Shown here: piece by piece, positions 44,117-54,744 of the stretch | Numbering within the stretch: the stretch's first letter is position 1 | Layout: every line of letters begins with the position of its first letter | NCBI GenBank assembly: GCA_051819765.1 | Contig: JBNJGT010000001.1 | Location: 42,716-106,715 of the forward strand | From: Nanobdellota archaeon | Lineage (GTDB): Archaea; Nanobdellota; Nanobdellia; Woesearchaeales; JACJVW01 | Direction of reading: 5' to 3' | DNA: 64,000 nucleotides | The notes under the pieces: model-generated | The model's input: the letters and a program-made list of their open reading frames with translations, nothing else | Told to the model about the DNA's origin: nothing | The model's database searches: none | Translations under genes and position numbers: made by a program

Positions 44117-46533
44117 TTTGCAACCTTCGCTGTTGTCGCTATGCGGTCTTCAGGGTTTAGTCTCATCAGGCGTACCCCTTGGGTGTTCCTCCCTATGACT
44201 GAGATATGTTCCATTGAAGTCCGGATGGCTTGTCCCTGTTGGCTGATCAGTACAATGCTGTCGTCTTGGGTGACTGAGGTGATGCTTACCACTTTCCCGG
44301 TCTTTGCAGTGATAAGCATGTTCCTGACACCTGAGCCTCCTCGTTTTATCAGGCGGTATTCGGCAAGCTCGGTGCGTTTTCCATACCCTTTCTCTGTGAC
44401 AGTGAGGATTGTTTTTGTTTCATCTGCTATGATCATGCCGACCACTTCATCCTTTATCAATCGGATTGCGCTCACTCCACGGGCTGTCCGTCCAACAGGG
44501 CGTACGTCGGTTTCCTTGAATCGCACTGCTTTTCCATTGCGGGTCGCAATCACCACTTCCTGTTCTCCGTCGGTGATTTTTGCGCTAATGAGTTCGTCAC
44601 CCTCCTCCAGGTTGATTGCGATGATGCCTGTACGGCGTGGTCGGGAGAATAGTCCTGCATCCACCTTCTTGATAATCCCTTTGCGGGTGCACATGAGGAC
44701 ATATTTATCCTCGAATGAACTGATGGGGAGAATGGCATTCACCCGTTCATCTTTTGCAAGGTTAACCAAATTGACGATCGCAGTCCCCTTTGACTGGCGG
44801 TTGGCAAGGGGGAGGCGGTATACCTTGAGCCAAAAGAGATTACCTTTATTGGTGAAAAAGAGAAGGTAGTCATGGGTGTTTGCCATGAATATGTCCTCAA
44901 CAAAGTCCTCTTCTTTCTTCCCTGTTGCGATCACGCCTTTGCCCCCCCGTTTCTGTTCACGGTAGGTGTCGGTCTGAAGCCTTTTGATATATCCGTGATG
45001 CGTGATGCTGACCATCATATCTTCCTTTTCTATGAGGTCTTCTATGTCTGGATTGTAATTGTCAACAACGTCCATTATCTCTGTCCGTCGGTCGTCCCCG
45101 TACTTTTTCTTCATCTCCTGGGTCTCTTCCTTGACGATTGTGTAAATCTTTTGTTCATCAGCCAGGATCGCTTCCAACTCTTCAATCAGTCTGATCGTCT
45201 CGTCATAGTCTGTCTGGATCTTCTGGCGCTCCATGGACGAGAGCTTTTGCAGGCGCATCTCAAGTATGACTTTTGCCTGTTTGTCAGATAGCTCGTAATC
45301 CTGCATCAGGATTTCTGCGGCTTCTTTCGGGTCACGGGATTTCTTGATCTTATCAATGATCTCATCAATATGCTTTAGCGCGATGAGGAGCCCTTCGAGG
45401 ATGTGGGCTTTTTCTTTTGCCTTCCTGAGGTTGAATTCCGTGCGTTTTGTGACCACAACTTTGCGGTGCTGAATAAAGTTATGGATGAGCTCCTTAAGGT
45501 TGAGGGTCTTTGGTTCGTTGTCCACAAGGGCCAGCATGTTGATTGCGAAGCTGTCCTGAAGCCGGGTATGCTTGTAGAGTTGGTTAAGAATCACGTCCTC
45601 GTTTGCGCCGCTCTTTATCTCAAGGACTATGCGCATGCCTGTGCGGTCTGATTCATCACGAATGTCGGTAATGCCCTCAATCTTTTTTTCCTTTACAAGA
45701 TGGGCGATATTCTCCAGAAGTTGCGCCTTGTTGACCTGGAAAGGTATTTCGGTTATGACAATCTGCTGGGCGCCTTTCTTACGATCTTCCATGTGGTGCC
45801 TGCATCGGACAATTGCTCTACCACGGCCGCTCATGTAAGCTGCTCTCACACCGCTTGTTCCTTGGAGGATGCCGCCAGTGGGAAAGTCCGGAGCCTTCAC
45901 ATGTTCCATAAGTCTTTCTATGGTGATTTCAGGGTCGTCAATCATTGCCTCAATGGCATCTGACACCTCTTTGAGATTGTGTGGCGGCATGTTGGTCGCC
46001 ATGCCTACTGCAATACCTGCTGTGCCATTGACCAGCAATTGCGGTATCTTGGCTGGAAGCACGCTCGGTTCTTTGGCGCTGTTGTCAAAATTGTCCATGA
46101 AGGCAACAGTCTCTTTGTCGATATCCTCGAGCATCTCTTCTGCAAGCGGGGCCATGCGTGCTTCAGTGTAACGCATTGCTGCGGCATTGTCCCCATCGAT
46201 GCTTCCAAAATTACCTTGGCCGTCAACCAAGATGTAGCGAAGAGAGAACGGTTGTGTCATCCGTACCAGGGTATCATAGATTGATGCATCCCCGTGGGGG
46301 TGAAACTTTGCCATACAGTTACCAACCACGTTTGCGGATTTACGGTATGGTTTGTTGGAAAGCACCCCTGTGGTGTGCATTGTGTAGAGAACACGTCGAT
46401 GAACAGGTTTCAGGCCGTCCCTTACATCAGGAAGGGCCCGCCCTACGATGACACTCATTGCGTAGTCCATGTAGGACTGTTTCATTTCCTCTTCAATCTC
46501 TTGTGAGATAATCCTGTCACTTTGTTCTTCCAT
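44113..46533 (-). CDS. gyrA: DNA gyrase subunit A
   Basis: 806 aa. Active-site region ...RYTEARM..., N-terminal [30 protein letters not shown], and C-terminal beta-pinwheel repeats. Confidence 0.95.
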   Translation of the reverse strand: MEEQSDRIISQEIEEEMKQSYMDYAMSVIVGRALPDVRDGLKPVHRRVLYTMHTTGVLSNKPYRKSANVVGNCMAKFHPHGDASIYDTLVRMTQPFSLRYILVDGQGNFGSIDGDNAAAMRYTEARMAPLAEEMLEDIDKETVAFMDNFDNSAKEPSVLPAKIPQLLVNGTAGIAVGMATNMPPHNLKEVSDAIEAMIDDPEITIERLMEHVKAPDFPTGGILQGTSGVRAAYMSGRGRAIVRCRHHMEDRKKGAQQIVITEIPFQVNKAQLLENIAHLVKEKKIEGITDIRDESDRTGMRIVLEIKSGANEDVILNQLYKHTRLQDSFAINMLALVDNEPKTLNLKELIHNFIQHRKVVVTKRTEFNLRKAKEKAHILEGLLIALKHIDEIIDKIKKSRDPKEAAEILMQDYELSDKQAKVILEMRLQKLSSMERQKIQTDYDETIRLIEELEAILADEQKIYTIVKEETQEMKKKYGDDRRTEIMDVVDNYNPDIEDLIEKEDMMVSITHHGYIKRLQTDTYREQKRGGKGVIATGKKEEDFVEDIFMANTHDYLLFFTNKGNLFWLKVYRLPLANRQSKGTAIVNLVNLAKDERVNAILPISSFEDKYVLMCTRKGIIKKVDAGLFSRPRRTGIIAINLEEGDELISAKITDGEQEVVIATRNGKAVRFKETDVRPVGRTARGVSAIRLIKDEVVGMIIADETKTILTVTEKGYGKRTELAEYRLIKRGGSGVRNMLITAKTGKVVSITSVTQDDSIVLISQQGQAIRTSMEHISVIGRNTQGVRLMRLNPEDRIATTAKVAK

Positions 46534-46730
46534 GGTTGAGAAATCTCCTTGTCTATTATGAATTTTGGGGCCTTTATAAAGTTTTTGATGGGTGCTGTAG
46601 CGTCTCTCTCTGTTGTTTTTGGCGTTTTCAGGTGGTGGAATCGGATGGGGGTCCGGCCTAGGTGGTATAGGAAAGAGGATACTAATCTATAAAACAATAA
46701 CATTTATATACTAGTTCACTCTATTTCTTT

Positions 46731-47141
46731 TTGATGGTTATCCTCTATGACCGGTTCAATTTTCCAGAGAATATCTTTGAGATAATCTTTGCCACAAAGC
46801 AACAGATTATAGTGGGAAAGACACTCATAGAGTTCATGAAGCAGAACGGGAATGAACTGAACAAATCACAGATGTCATTCTTTGCCACTTCCCTGCATGA
46901 TGGAGAATTGCAGACTCAGGTGGATGACCCTGAATATAAGGGCAAGACAGTCAAGCTGACCTATAATAAGCGCCAGTTCTATGACCGTATCCTTACCCCG
47001 TTCAAGACTATGGGCATGATCGACTATGATATGTACAAGAAGGTTTATACCCTGTCAGATAAGTTCAATAAAGACATGATCAAGATTGGCCTTATGTGGG
47101 TCAATGAACTGAAGAAAACACCAAAAGGACTACTCCACTAA
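46731..47141 (+). CDS. Hypothetical protein (136 aa)
   Basis: ORF with balanced composition, followed by two strong hairpins. Confidence 0.4.
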   Translation: MMVILYDRFNFPENIFEIIFATKQQIIVGKTLIEFMKQNGNELNKSQMSFFATSLHDGELQTQVDDPEYKGKTVKLTYNKRQFYDRILTPFKTMGMIDYDMYKKVYTLSDKFNKDMIKIGLMWVNELKKTPKGLLH

Positions 47142-47228
47142 TGGCTCCCCACATCCATTCTTAACCACCCAACCCACTCGCCAAACCGGGGAGCCATTTC
47201 CCTCTCGCGTAGCACACCACAGGACCTT

Positions 47229-47254
47229 CGGGCGAGTCCGACTCGCCCGTTTTT
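47229..47254 (+). terminator. Perfect 9-bp hairpin (CGGGCGAGT-ccg-ACTCGCCCG) followed by TTTTT
   Basis: Directly read: cgggcgagtccgactcgcccgttttt. Preceded at 47141..47197 by a 10-bp inverted repeat (ATGGCTCCCC...GGGGAGCCAT) with a 37-nt C/A-rich loop. Confidence 0.5.
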
Positions 47255-47259
47255 CACCC

Positions 47260-47601
47260 TTAAAAAAAAGTTATGAAGGGTATGGTGATTCCTACCAAGA
47301 ACAAGATTGTTACGATAATTGCCAATACGATGAACTGGGTCACCCAGATGAGGAGGGCAGCGATCCACCCCACATTGAATGCTATCTTGTAGATGATGAT
47401 GAGGAGTATGAAGAGCAACAGGGGGGATAGAGGACCAAACATCCCGCCTAAGAATGCTGAAATCACCCAGAACAGTATGTGTATGACAATGACCTTGAGA
47501 ATGGATGATCTGCCACCAAGGAGGGATGCTGCGATGTGCAGAGGCAGCGCTGAAAGGATTGCTACGCCGATTGCGATGAGGATGAGATAGAGGAGTTCCA
47601 T
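47260..47601 (-). CDS. Small integral membrane protein (113 aa, 3 to 4 TM helices)
   Basis: Highly hydrophobic ORF: MELLYLILIAIGVAILSALPLHIAASLL.... Confidence 0.4.
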   Translation of the reverse strand: MELLYLILIAIGVAILSALPLHIAASLLGGRSSILKVIVIHILFWVISAFLGGMFGPLSPLLLFILLIIIYKIAFNVGWIAALLIWVTQFIVLAIIVTILFLVGITIPFITFF

Positions 47602-47806
47602 ACGTGTAAGAATGTTTCAGAGTATAAGAAAGTTGTGTTCAGATGGGTCACGAAACTTTTTCCGTGATGGACATTTCTTTTTGTAGGTATATTTCTGAGG
47701 GATCTATCCTTTAGTTCCATTGCAACCCTTCGACAATATTTGATTTTTAATTCCACTAGAAATTTTTTGAAAATATTCTCATCACGAAGCGATTTGGGTG
47801 ACCCGT

Positions 47807-49585
47807 TCAGACTCCCCAGACTGGGTTGTTCTTCCGCTTTATTTCTGCAATCTCTTTTAAGAGGTCCTTTTCCTCCTGGCTAAGCAGTTTCTTGAATTGC
47901 TTGAAACTCTTGAACTCATCTTCGCTGAGTGCTGTATAGAGGATGTCATTTTCCTTGATCTGTCTTCCGACTATCACTCCTTCCATGGCCACTGCCACTT
48001 CCTTATTCTTTTCTGCTGCCTCGATGTTCTTTTGCTCAAGCTGGATCCCTTTGACCCGGGTGATGCGTTTTCCTTCCAGGTTCATGAGTGGAGAGTTTGA
48101 TTTGAGGGTGCCTTCAAGAACGTCCACTCCGACGACGGCAGGGTTGCACTGGCGGAATGTGTAGCCTTCCATGATGCGGATCTTTGCCGGTTTTGTGAGC
48201 TTCTTGTATTCTTCTGTCTCTTGTTCGAGCTGCTTTTGTTTTTGCCATTCGAACAGGTCGTCGATGAGCTTGTAGATAACGTCGTTTGTGATGATCTTGA
48301 CATCGGAGGGTGGTTGGTCTGATTTCACGTTGAAACCAAGGATTACTGTGTAGAGGGGCTCCTTTTCCCTGTTTGATTGTGCCTCAATGACATCCTTCTT
48401 GGAGATGTCTCCTATGGAGGCACGCCTGATTGGCACATCATGCTCATGAAGCAGGTTCATGAGGGCTTCCAGGCTTCCGATGCTGTCAGCCTTTATGACA
48501 ATGCCTTCCTCGTCCTTTTCGGTTATGACCTCATCAATCTCTTCCTGGAGCTCCTGGAATACCTCCTCTTGGGTCTCCTGGGTGTAGACTGCGAGGGGCA
48601 TGCCTGCTATGACCTGATCAAGGTTGGGTCCTGAGATCTTGACTCCGCAGGCGGCGGTTATCTGCTTGACTGACTTGAACTTGGCTTTCTTGTCGCGGAT
48701 CTCAGCCAATGGGGCTGGCTCCAAGAGTGCTTTTACCCGGGCAGGGATCGGCTCATCCAGACTACCGATTGCGATGAGATCGTTTGTGCGGATGGTACCG
48801 TCGTAGATGATGACATCTATCGTCTTTCCAAGGCCCTTCTCTTCCTTCACTTCAAGGACTACCCCTCTTGCAGGGCCTTTGAGGTCGCACTGGAGACAGT
48901 TCTCCAGGAACCGCTGGGCGAGGCCTGAGATCAGCATGAGAATCTCGGGCATACCGATGCCCTGTTTTGCTGAGGTTGGGATGATTGCGATCTGCTGGGT
49001 GAAGTCTTCCACCTTGTCGTAGCGCTCTGAATTGAAGCCGTACTGGCTCAACTTCCCGACAAGCTCGTAGTGTTTTGTGTCAAGTTCACGTTGAACTTGC
49101 TCTGATTGTTTCTTTATGTTTTCTAGAAGTGGTCCTTTGAAATCATGAAAGCCTGTAATGAGGTCGATCTTGTTTGCAGCAACCACGAATGGTGTTTTGC
49201 TGCTCTTAAGGATCTCTAAGGCCTCGATTGTCTGCGGTTTGAAACCTTCATTGATGTCAACGACCAGGATTGCGATGTCTGCCAGGTTGCCACCTCTTTT
49301 TCGGAGCGAAGTGAAGGCTGCATGGCCAGGGGTGTCAATGAACAGCAGGCCTGGTATGGTGAATTTCATGCCGAGTGTGTCGAGGAGTTTGCCGCAGATC
49401 TTCTTGATAGTATCCAGGGGGACGATGGATGCGCCGATGGACTGGGTGATCTTTCCAGCCTCAGTATTGACAATAGAGGAGCCTCTGATCGAGTCGAGAA
49501 GGGTTGATTTTCCATGGTCCACGTGGCCCAGGGTAGTGCAGATTGGGCTTCTGATTTCCGGGCCACACCCTTTCTTTTTTGCCAT
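47807..49585 (-). CDS. infB: Translation initiation factor aIF5B (IF-2 homolog)
   Basis: G domain GHVDHGKSTLLD, DTPGH, NKID. 592 aa with the C-terminal beta-barrel domains. Confidence 0.95.
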   Translation of the reverse strand: MAKKKGCGPEIRSPICTTLGHVDHGKSTLLDSIRGSSIVNTEAGKITQSIGASIVPLDTIKKICGKLLDTLGMKFTIPGLLFIDTPGHAAFTSLRKRGGNLADIAILVVDINEGFKPQTIEALEILKSSKTPFVVAANKIDLITGFHDFKGPLLENIKKQSEQVQRELDTKHYELVGKLSQYGFNSERYDKVEDFTQQIAIIPTSAKQGIGMPEILMLISGLAQRFLENCLQCDLKGPARGVVLEVKEEKGLGKTIDVIIYDGTIRTNDLIAIGSLDEPIPARVKALLEPAPLAEIRDKKAKFKSVKQITAACGVKISGPNLDQVIAGMPLAVYTQETQEEVFQELQEEIDEVITEKDEEGIVIKADSIGSLEALMNLLHEHDVPIRRASIGDISKKDVIEAQSNREKEPLYTVILGFNVKSDQPPSDVKIITNDVIYKLIDDLFEWQKQKQLEQETEEYKKLTKPAKIRIMEGYTFRQCNPAVVGVDVLEGTLKSNSPLMNLEGKRITRVKGIQLEQKNIEAAEKNKEVAVAMEGVIVGRQIKENDILYTALSEDEFKSFKQFKKLLSQEEKDLLKEIAEIKRKNNPVWGV

Positions 49586-49931
49586 GCTTGGCAGGGATAT
49601 AGGTATCCTTTTAAATGTTTTCGGTGCTGGACAGGAATGTGCGGCTTTATTCTGACACTAAAGGTGATGGGAGAACTGTCCTTTTGGGGCCCTTGCTTTA
49701 TTGAGGGTGCTATACAAGGATGGCGGTCTTGAGTAGATTTGGCCTCTTGGTAGTGGGAAAAGAAAAAAAATTGGGGGAATGAAGGACTCAGGATGTAGGG
49801 GGAGGGAGGGGTTGTTCGAGAAGAACTATCCCGAGTCCTCATTAACTAGTGGTAACGACACCGTCTTTATAAATATTTCTCTTTTAGTTGTCCCTGGGAG
49901 GGTAAAACAGTTAGGGCCAAGGGTTAAATAG

Positions 49932-50429
49932 GTGGAGAAATTGATGGATTGCATGAAACTAGTGTATGGGTTCAGGCCCTTCCTGCATTACCCTGAGAAT
50001 ATCACTGAGGGGATATTGAGACGTCTTCGGGGTAAGGATATCGCCACTGTGGCTTTTGATGTTCGCTTCAATAAGCGGCAGTTCATTGATGAGGTCAGGC
50101 GGGTGGATCCTGAGGTGATTGTGGGTCTTGGGCAATACCCACGGGGGAAGAAACTTCGTATCGAGCGGAAAGCGGTGAATGCTAAGCGGTTGAGGAAGGG
50201 GGACGAGGCGCAGCCTATCCTGAAGGGCCCTCCTGCCTATTTTCTCACCTGGCGGGTGCAGCCGGATGGACGGAGTTGGCGGTCCTATGATGCGTCCGAC
50301 TATGTGTGCAATTATTTCCTGTATATTATTTCTCATTATTTTAATAATAAGAAATTAGCTTCTATCCATATCCCTGTTGGCTATGATATTGGTGCGGCAA
50401 CCCGGTATGTCAGGGAGTTGTTGGGGTAA
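49932..50429 (+). CDS. Pyroglutamyl-peptidase I-like (peptidase C15), short form
   Basis: KLVYGFRPF, the N-terminal region, and DASDYVCNYFLY resembling the Pcp catalytic-Cys motif (GTFVCN). Start site uncertain. Confidence 0.5.
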   Translation: MEKLMDCMKLVYGFRPFLHYPENITEGILRRLRGKDIATVAFDVRFNKRQFIDEVRRVDPEVIVGLGQYPRGKKLRIERKAVNAKRLRKGDEAQPILKGPPAYFLTWRVQPDGRSWRSYDASDYVCNYFLYIISHYFNNKKLASIHIPVGYDIGAATRYVRELLG

Positions 50430-50489
50430 TTCAGTCTCTGTCATTGCGTTTGGATTAGTTTATTAAACAAGCTGGTATCCCTCTGTTGC

Positions 50490-51530
50490 ATGGAGCATAT
50501 TGAGGAAGGGCTGGCACGTGTGAAGGTCTATGACGGGAAGGTCTCAAAGGATCTGCCGGTATTCTATAACCCTGATATGAGACTGAACCGGGACATCACG
50601 ATTGAGATCTTGCAGGCAGTTGGTCGGCCGCTTGAGGTGGGTCTGCCACTTGCAGGCTCTGGTATCAGGGGGATTCGCATCCTCAGAGAGGTGCCCGGCA
50701 TGACTGTGTATATGAATGACAATAACCCTGAAGCTGTTCGGCTCATCAGGGAAAATCTGGAGTCTAACAGCTGCAGTGCCGCAGTCTTTGAGCAAGAGGC
50801 AAATGATTTTCTTGGGGCGCGGTATTATGATTATATTGATGTGGATCCATTCGGGAGCCCGAATCCCTTCCTTGACACAGCCTGTCGACGCATCCGGCGT
50901 AAGGGAATCCTGGCGGTGACTGCTACTGATACAGGCTGCCTGTGCGGAACGTATCCCAAGGCGTGCCAGCGCAAATACTGGGCGCGGCCGCTTCGCAATC
51001 CGCTGATGAAAGAGCTGGGGCTTCGCATCCTGATCCGTAAGGTGCAGCTTGTTGCCATGCAATACGACAAGGCGTTGATCCCTCTGGTGTCCTATGCGAA
51101 GGATCATTATTTTCGAGTATTCTTTTTGGTGCGTAAGGGGAAGCAGGTATGTGATTCACTGATCAGCCAGCATGGGTACTACATCTCCCGTGACGTCGGG
51201 TGGGCAATGAGTCGGCATGTTTTCAATGAGGGTGATGACTATGCAGGGCTCATGTGGCTGGGGCCTCTTGCGACAGAATTCCTGTGGGACCTTTCTGGTG
51301 GCTTCATGCGGGAATTGCAGGGGGACTACTCGGTTGATGTACCCTTCTTCTATGATCTGCCGACGATTGCAAAGAAAACAGGGCATGTTTTGCCTATGGA
51401 TGCTCTATTTGACAAGGTCCAAGAGCGGGGCTATGCTATCAGCCGCACGCATTTTGCAAAGCAGGGGGTGCGTACTGATATTCCAGAAAAAGAATTGATG
51501 GAAATCTTAGCCGAGGGCTCGGCTGACTGA
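50490..51530 (+). CDS. trm1: tRNA (guanine26-N2)-dimethyltransferase Trm1
   Basis: VFYNPDMRLNRDITIEIL, LAGSGIRGIR, VYMNDNNPEA, DYIDVDPFGSPNPFLDTA, ILAVTATDTGCLCG. Confidence 0.8.
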   Translation: MEHIEEGLARVKVYDGKVSKDLPVFYNPDMRLNRDITIEILQAVGRPLEVGLPLAGSGIRGIRILREVPGMTVYMNDNNPEAVRLIRENLESNSCSAAVFEQEANDFLGARYYDYIDVDPFGSPNPFLDTACRRIRRKGILAVTATDTGCLCGTYPKACQRKYWARPLRNPLMKELGLRILIRKVQLVAMQYDKALIPLVSYAKDHYFRVFFLVRKGKQVCDSLISQHGYYISRDVGWAMSRHVFNEGDDYAGLMWLGPLATEFLWDLSGGFMRELQGDYSVDVPFFYDLPTIAKKTGHVLPMDALFDKVQERGYAISRTHFAKQGVRTDIPEKELMEILAEGSAD

Positions 51531-51782
51531 TGCGACCTGAACAGAATTGACGTCTTGTACTTGCGCGATGTCCTGTTCAAGTTGTTCTGTATCCCCGAGG
51601 TCTTCATCCATGCTGAAAGTGATGTTGACTGATTTGAGTCCGAAGGCAACAGGTTCAGTCTCTGATTTCTGGACGGTACCCCCAAATTCTTCGATCTTTA
51701 GCTTTGCTGCTTCCTCAATCTGTTCTAGGTCCTTTTCAGGGCCTTCTGGCATGATCTTTAATCCAACTATTACCTGTGCCAT
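51507..51782 (-). CDS. Elongation factor 1-beta (aEF-1B)
   Basis: MAQVIVGLKIMPEGPEKDLEQIEEAAK...EPVAFGLKSVNITFSMDEDLGDTEQLEQDI...VQVASVSR, 91 aa. Confidence 0.85.
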   Translation of the reverse strand: MAQVIVGLKIMPEGPEKDLEQIEEAAKLKIEEFGGTVQKSETEPVAFGLKSVNITFSMDEDLGDTEQLEQDIAQVQDVNSVQVASVSRALG

Positions 51783-51791
51783 CTTGTCACC

Positions 51792-51959
51792 TCAGTTTGG
51801 TCCGATGAATCCGCATTCCGGACATTCGTATTTTGCCACGATCTGTCGGCAGTGCTTGCACCGGACAATCTCGTAGTTGTTGCATCCTGGACACATGAAA
51901 ATCACACTGCCTTCGTCATTTGTGATATCCTTTTTGCATGAAATACATGTTTTCTTCAT
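51792..51959 (-). CDS. Zn-ribbon protein (55 aa, four CxxC pairs) of the family conserved upstream of aEF-1beta
   Basis: Minus-strand translation MKKTCISCKKDITNDEGSVIFMCPGCNNYEIVRCKHCRQIVAKYECPECGFIGPN. Below the 60-aa ORF-track cutoff. 9-nt gap to the EF-1beta start. Confidence 0.6.
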   Translation of the reverse strand: MKKTCISCKKDITNDEGSVIFMCPGCNNYEIVRCKHCRQIVAKYECPECGFIGPN

Positions 51960-52010
51960 TATGATTCCTCCAATCCAAAAAAATAAAGGTTATTTTATAA
52001 ATCTTTCTTA

Positions 52011-53624
52011 TCAGTACATGCCCTGCTGCTGGTTCTCTGAGTCAGAGCTTGCGATGACATCGTCGATCCTGAGAATCATCTCTGCAACTTCTGACGCAGA
52101 GGAGATGGCTTGCTTCTTGACCTTCATGGGCTCGATGACGCCGCCCTTGAAGGCGTCAACCACCTTGCCGGTGAAGACATCGATACCGCCCCACTTCATG
52201 CCATTCTCATGGGCTGCCTTGAGTTCGGTAAGGATATCAATAGGGTCAATCCCTGCGTTCTCGGCAAGGGTCTTTGGGATGATTTCCATCGCATCCGCGA
52301 AGGATTCCACTGCCAGCTGTTCCCTCCCTGAAAGGCTTTCTGCGAATTTTCGAAGGTTGCGGGCGATCTCGATCTCTGGGGCGCCGGCGCCGGCAACAAA
52401 AAATCCTGTGGTGAGTGTTGCGGCCACATCACCGATAGCGTCTTCCATTGCGCGCTTGATCTCATCGACGACATGGTTGGTCGCTCCCTTGATGAGGATA
52501 GTCACGGAGCGCGGGTTCTTACAGTCTTTGACAAAGACCATGTCATCGTCACCCACTTTCACTTCCTCAATTATGCCGGACTGGCCGAGGTCATCAGCTG
52601 AGAGTTCATTGAGATTTGTGACGATCTTTGCGCCGGTAGCTTTGGCAAGAGATATCATGTCACTCTTCTTGACGCGGCGAATGGCGAAAATGCCTCGCTT
52701 TGCAAGGAAATGCTGGGCAATATCGTCGATACCCTTTTGGCAGAGGACAACGTTTGCGCCGGATTCTGCGATGCGCTCAACCATATCCTTTATCATCTTC
52801 TCTTCCTGGTTGACAAAAGCCTCGAGCTGGGAGGGGTCATTGATCTGGATCCGCGTATCGGTCTCAGGGCCCCGCACTTCTATTGGGGTGTCAATCAAGG
52901 CAAGCTTTGCATTCTTTATGACGCGAGGCATGCCTGAATGAACCCGCTCCTTGTCAAGCACAATACCTTCAATAAGGTTTGACTCTTCGATGGACCCGCC
53001 AACCTTTGTCACGACGTTGATGTCGTTTTTTGAATAGTAGATTGATTCATCAGTTTTCTCGATGACGCTTTGGACTGCTTTTACCGCAATGTCTGCCAGG
53101 ATGTCCTTTGAGGCTTCGGCGCCTTTTCCGGTCATGGCAGTTGTTGCGATCTGCCGCAGGATTGTGGAATCCTTTTCCTTCACCGGTTCAGAGATATCTT
53201 TAAGGACCCTCAGGGCCTTTTCTGTTGCCATGCGGTAGCCTTTTGCAATGATTGTCGGATGGACGTTCGAATCAAGCAGTTTCTCGGCATTCTTGAGGAG
53301 CTCGCCTGCGAGGACCACTGCAGTGGTTGTGCCATCCCCTATCTCTGATTCCTGTGTCTTTGCCACTTCAACAATCATTTTTGCGCTGGGCTGCTCGATT
53401 GACATCTCGTTTAAGATAGTGACTCCGTCGTTTGTAATGGTGATGTCGCCGATGTTGTCAACAAGCATCTTGTCCATCCCCTTGGGCCCAAGGGTGGTGC
53501 GGACGGTCTCTGCTACCATCTTTGCAGCTTCGATGTTCGTCTTTTGGGCATTCTTGCCCTGTGTTCGTTGTGTTCCTTCCGGAAGAATGAATATTGGTTG
53601 TTGATTGTTAGACACTTCCCTCAC
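52011..53624 (-). CDS. ths: Thermosome subunit (group II chaperonin)
   Basis: 537 aa. ...[14 protein letters not shown]..., [15 protein letters not shown], the apical domain, and the C-terminal ...IDDVIAS.. tail. Confidence 0.95.
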   Translation of the reverse strand: MREVSNNQQPIFILPEGTQRTQGKNAQKTNIEAAKMVAETVRTTLGPKGMDKMLVDNIGDITITNDGVTILNEMSIEQPSAKMIVEVAKTQESEIGDGTTTAVVLAGELLKNAEKLLDSNVHPTIIAKGYRMATEKALRVLKDISEPVKEKDSTILRQIATTAMTGKGAEASKDILADIAVKAVQSVIEKTDESIYYSKNDINVVTKVGGSIEESNLIEGIVLDKERVHSGMPRVIKNAKLALIDTPIEVRGPETDTRIQINDPSQLEAFVNQEEKMIKDMVERIAESGANVVLCQKGIDDIAQHFLAKRGIFAIRRVKKSDMISLAKATGAKIVTNLNELSADDLGQSGIIEEVKVGDDDMVFVKDCKNPRSVTILIKGATNHVVDEIKRAMEDAIGDVAATLTTGFFVAGAGAPEIEIARNLRKFAESLSGREQLAVESFADAMEIIPKTLAENAGIDPIDILTELKAAHENGMKWGGIDVFTGKVVDAFKGGVIEPMKVKKQAISSASEVAEMILRIDDVIASSDSENQQQGMY

Positions 53625-53650
53625 CTCACAGAGCGAGTGTTGGCCTTAGA

Positions 53651-53660
53651 TATTTAAATC
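53651..53660 (-). promoter_or_regulatory. TATA box (minus strand gatttaaata) about 27 to 36 nt upstream of the thermosome ATG
   Basis: AT-rich element in the canonical archaeal position. Confidence 0.4.
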
Positions 53661-53811
53661 TTTATTCCATACAGTCCTCTCGTAGCTGAAGTCCTTTGCA
53701 TTTTGGTGCCTTGTTCTTTAAGGATACGTTCTGACCATGCAAATCTATGACACAGGGTGGTGTTGTCCATTTTTGGCACTCGGTTTGGCATTAGACTCAA
53801 ATCCACCATAA

Positions 53812-53822
53812 CTTTTATAAAG
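53812..53822 (+). promoter_or_regulatory. TATA box (cttttataaag) about 35 to 44 nt upstream of the aIF5A start
   Basis: Canonical TTTATA core. Confidence 0.45.
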
Positions 53823-53855
53823 CAACCCAATTTCTTTTGTGAAAGGTGTCGCACT

Positions 53856-54257
53856 ATGAGTGGAGAGAAAACATTAAAATCCGTCGGATCACTAAAAGAA
53901 GGAAATTATGTAGTCATTGATGAGGCAGCTTGCACAGTCAGCAGCACTCAGACCTCTCGGCCCGGAAAACATGGGCACGCAAAGGTGCGTCTTGAAGGTG
54001 TCGGCTTGATAGACGGTAAGAAGCGTGTTGTTGTCATGCCGGGACATGATAAAATTGAGGTTCCCATCATCGATAAACGAAATGCGCAGGTACTCTCGGT
54101 CACAGATGGTATGGCCAATGTGATGGACTCTGAGACCTACGAAACCTTTGATCTTGAAATCCCTGAAGAACTCAAGGGCCAGTGCAAGGAAGGGTCAACT
54201 GTTCTTTACTGGATCATTCTTGATGATAAGGTCATGAAACAAGTAAAAAGTGAATAA
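53856..54257 (+). CDS. Translation initiation factor 5A (aIF5A; hypusine-site GKHGHAK)
   Basis: MSGEKTLKSVGSLKEGNYVVIDEAACTVSSTQTSRPGKHGHAKVRLEGVGLIDGKKRV.... The track ORF 53757 start is extended; this start is the conserved N-terminus. Confidence 0.9.
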   Translation: MSGEKTLKSVGSLKEGNYVVIDEAACTVSSTQTSRPGKHGHAKVRLEGVGLIDGKKRVVVMPGHDKIEVPIIDKRNAQVLSVTDGMANVMDSETYETFDLEIPEELKGQCKEGSTVLYWIILDDKVMKQVKSE

Positions 54258-54260
54258 CCA

Positions 54261-54422
54261 TGGCAAAATTCCCAGAAGCAGAAGCGCGAAAGTTCAAGCG
54301 AAAGTTTGTGTGCAAGAGTTGTAAACGCTCTCTGATGACATCCAATATGCTTGTATTGCAGGAGAAGGTTAAATGCAGAAAATGTCATTCAACTTCATTG
54401 CGACCTGCACGGAAGAAGTAAG
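54261..54422 (+). CDS. rpl40e: Ribosomal protein L40e
   Basis: MAKFPEAEARKFKRKFVCKSCKRSLMTSNMLVLQEKVKCRKCHSTSLRPARKK (53 aa). Below the ORF-track cutoff. 3 nt after the aIF5A stop. Confidence 0.75.
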
Positions 54423-54468
54423 CTTTAAATATTACTTTACTTTATTCTTTGTATAGGAGGGTTTTACA

Positions 54469-54744
54469 ATGCTAAAGATGAAAAATATTACTGATACCTT
54501 TGATATGAAGGTTTTTACTGATAGTGGTGAGTACTTCGGTGACATTGAGGAATCAATACTCACCCAGACCAAAGTCTTTGGATGGCGGGTCAAGGCGACC
54601 AAGAATTCCTATCTTTCCAAGGTACTTGGGAATGCGAAGGGAGTTATCGTTCCCCACCAGCTTGTAAAAGCCATCGGCGATATCATGCTCATAAGCAAGG
54701 CTGCGGTTCCGTCGTATAACCCGGAATCGAATGATTACGAATAA
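54469..54744 (+). CDS. PRC-barrel domain protein
   Basis: 91 aa of beta-rich sequence (...VFTDSGEYFGDIEESILTQTKVFGWRVKA...KGVIVPHQLVKAIGDIMLI). Overlaps the queH start by 14 nt. Confidence 0.45.
   Translation: MLKMKNITDTFDMKVFTDSGEYFGDIEESILTQTKVFGWRVKATKNSYLSKVLGNAKGVIVPHQLVKAIGDIMLISKAAVPSYNPESNDYE

Noticed and set aside
44141-44869. 242-aa plus-strand ORF and other long antisense ORFs within gyrA, cdc48, aIF5B, thermosome and glyS
   Set aside because: All lie opposite strongly supported genes, with the biased composition of antisense frames.
47640-47720. Possible C/D-box sRNA (cGTGATGG ... CTGAggg) in the intergenic region upstream of aIF5B
   Set aside because: Only a single C-box-like and a single D-box-like element about 28 nt apart. 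No C'/D' pair or terminal stem. Cannot be supported by eye.
49586-49931. 345-nt intergenic region checked for SRP RNA, tRNA or CRISPR
   Set aside because: No helix-8 GGAAG...GCAGC-type SRP motif, no cloverleaf and no direct repeats found.
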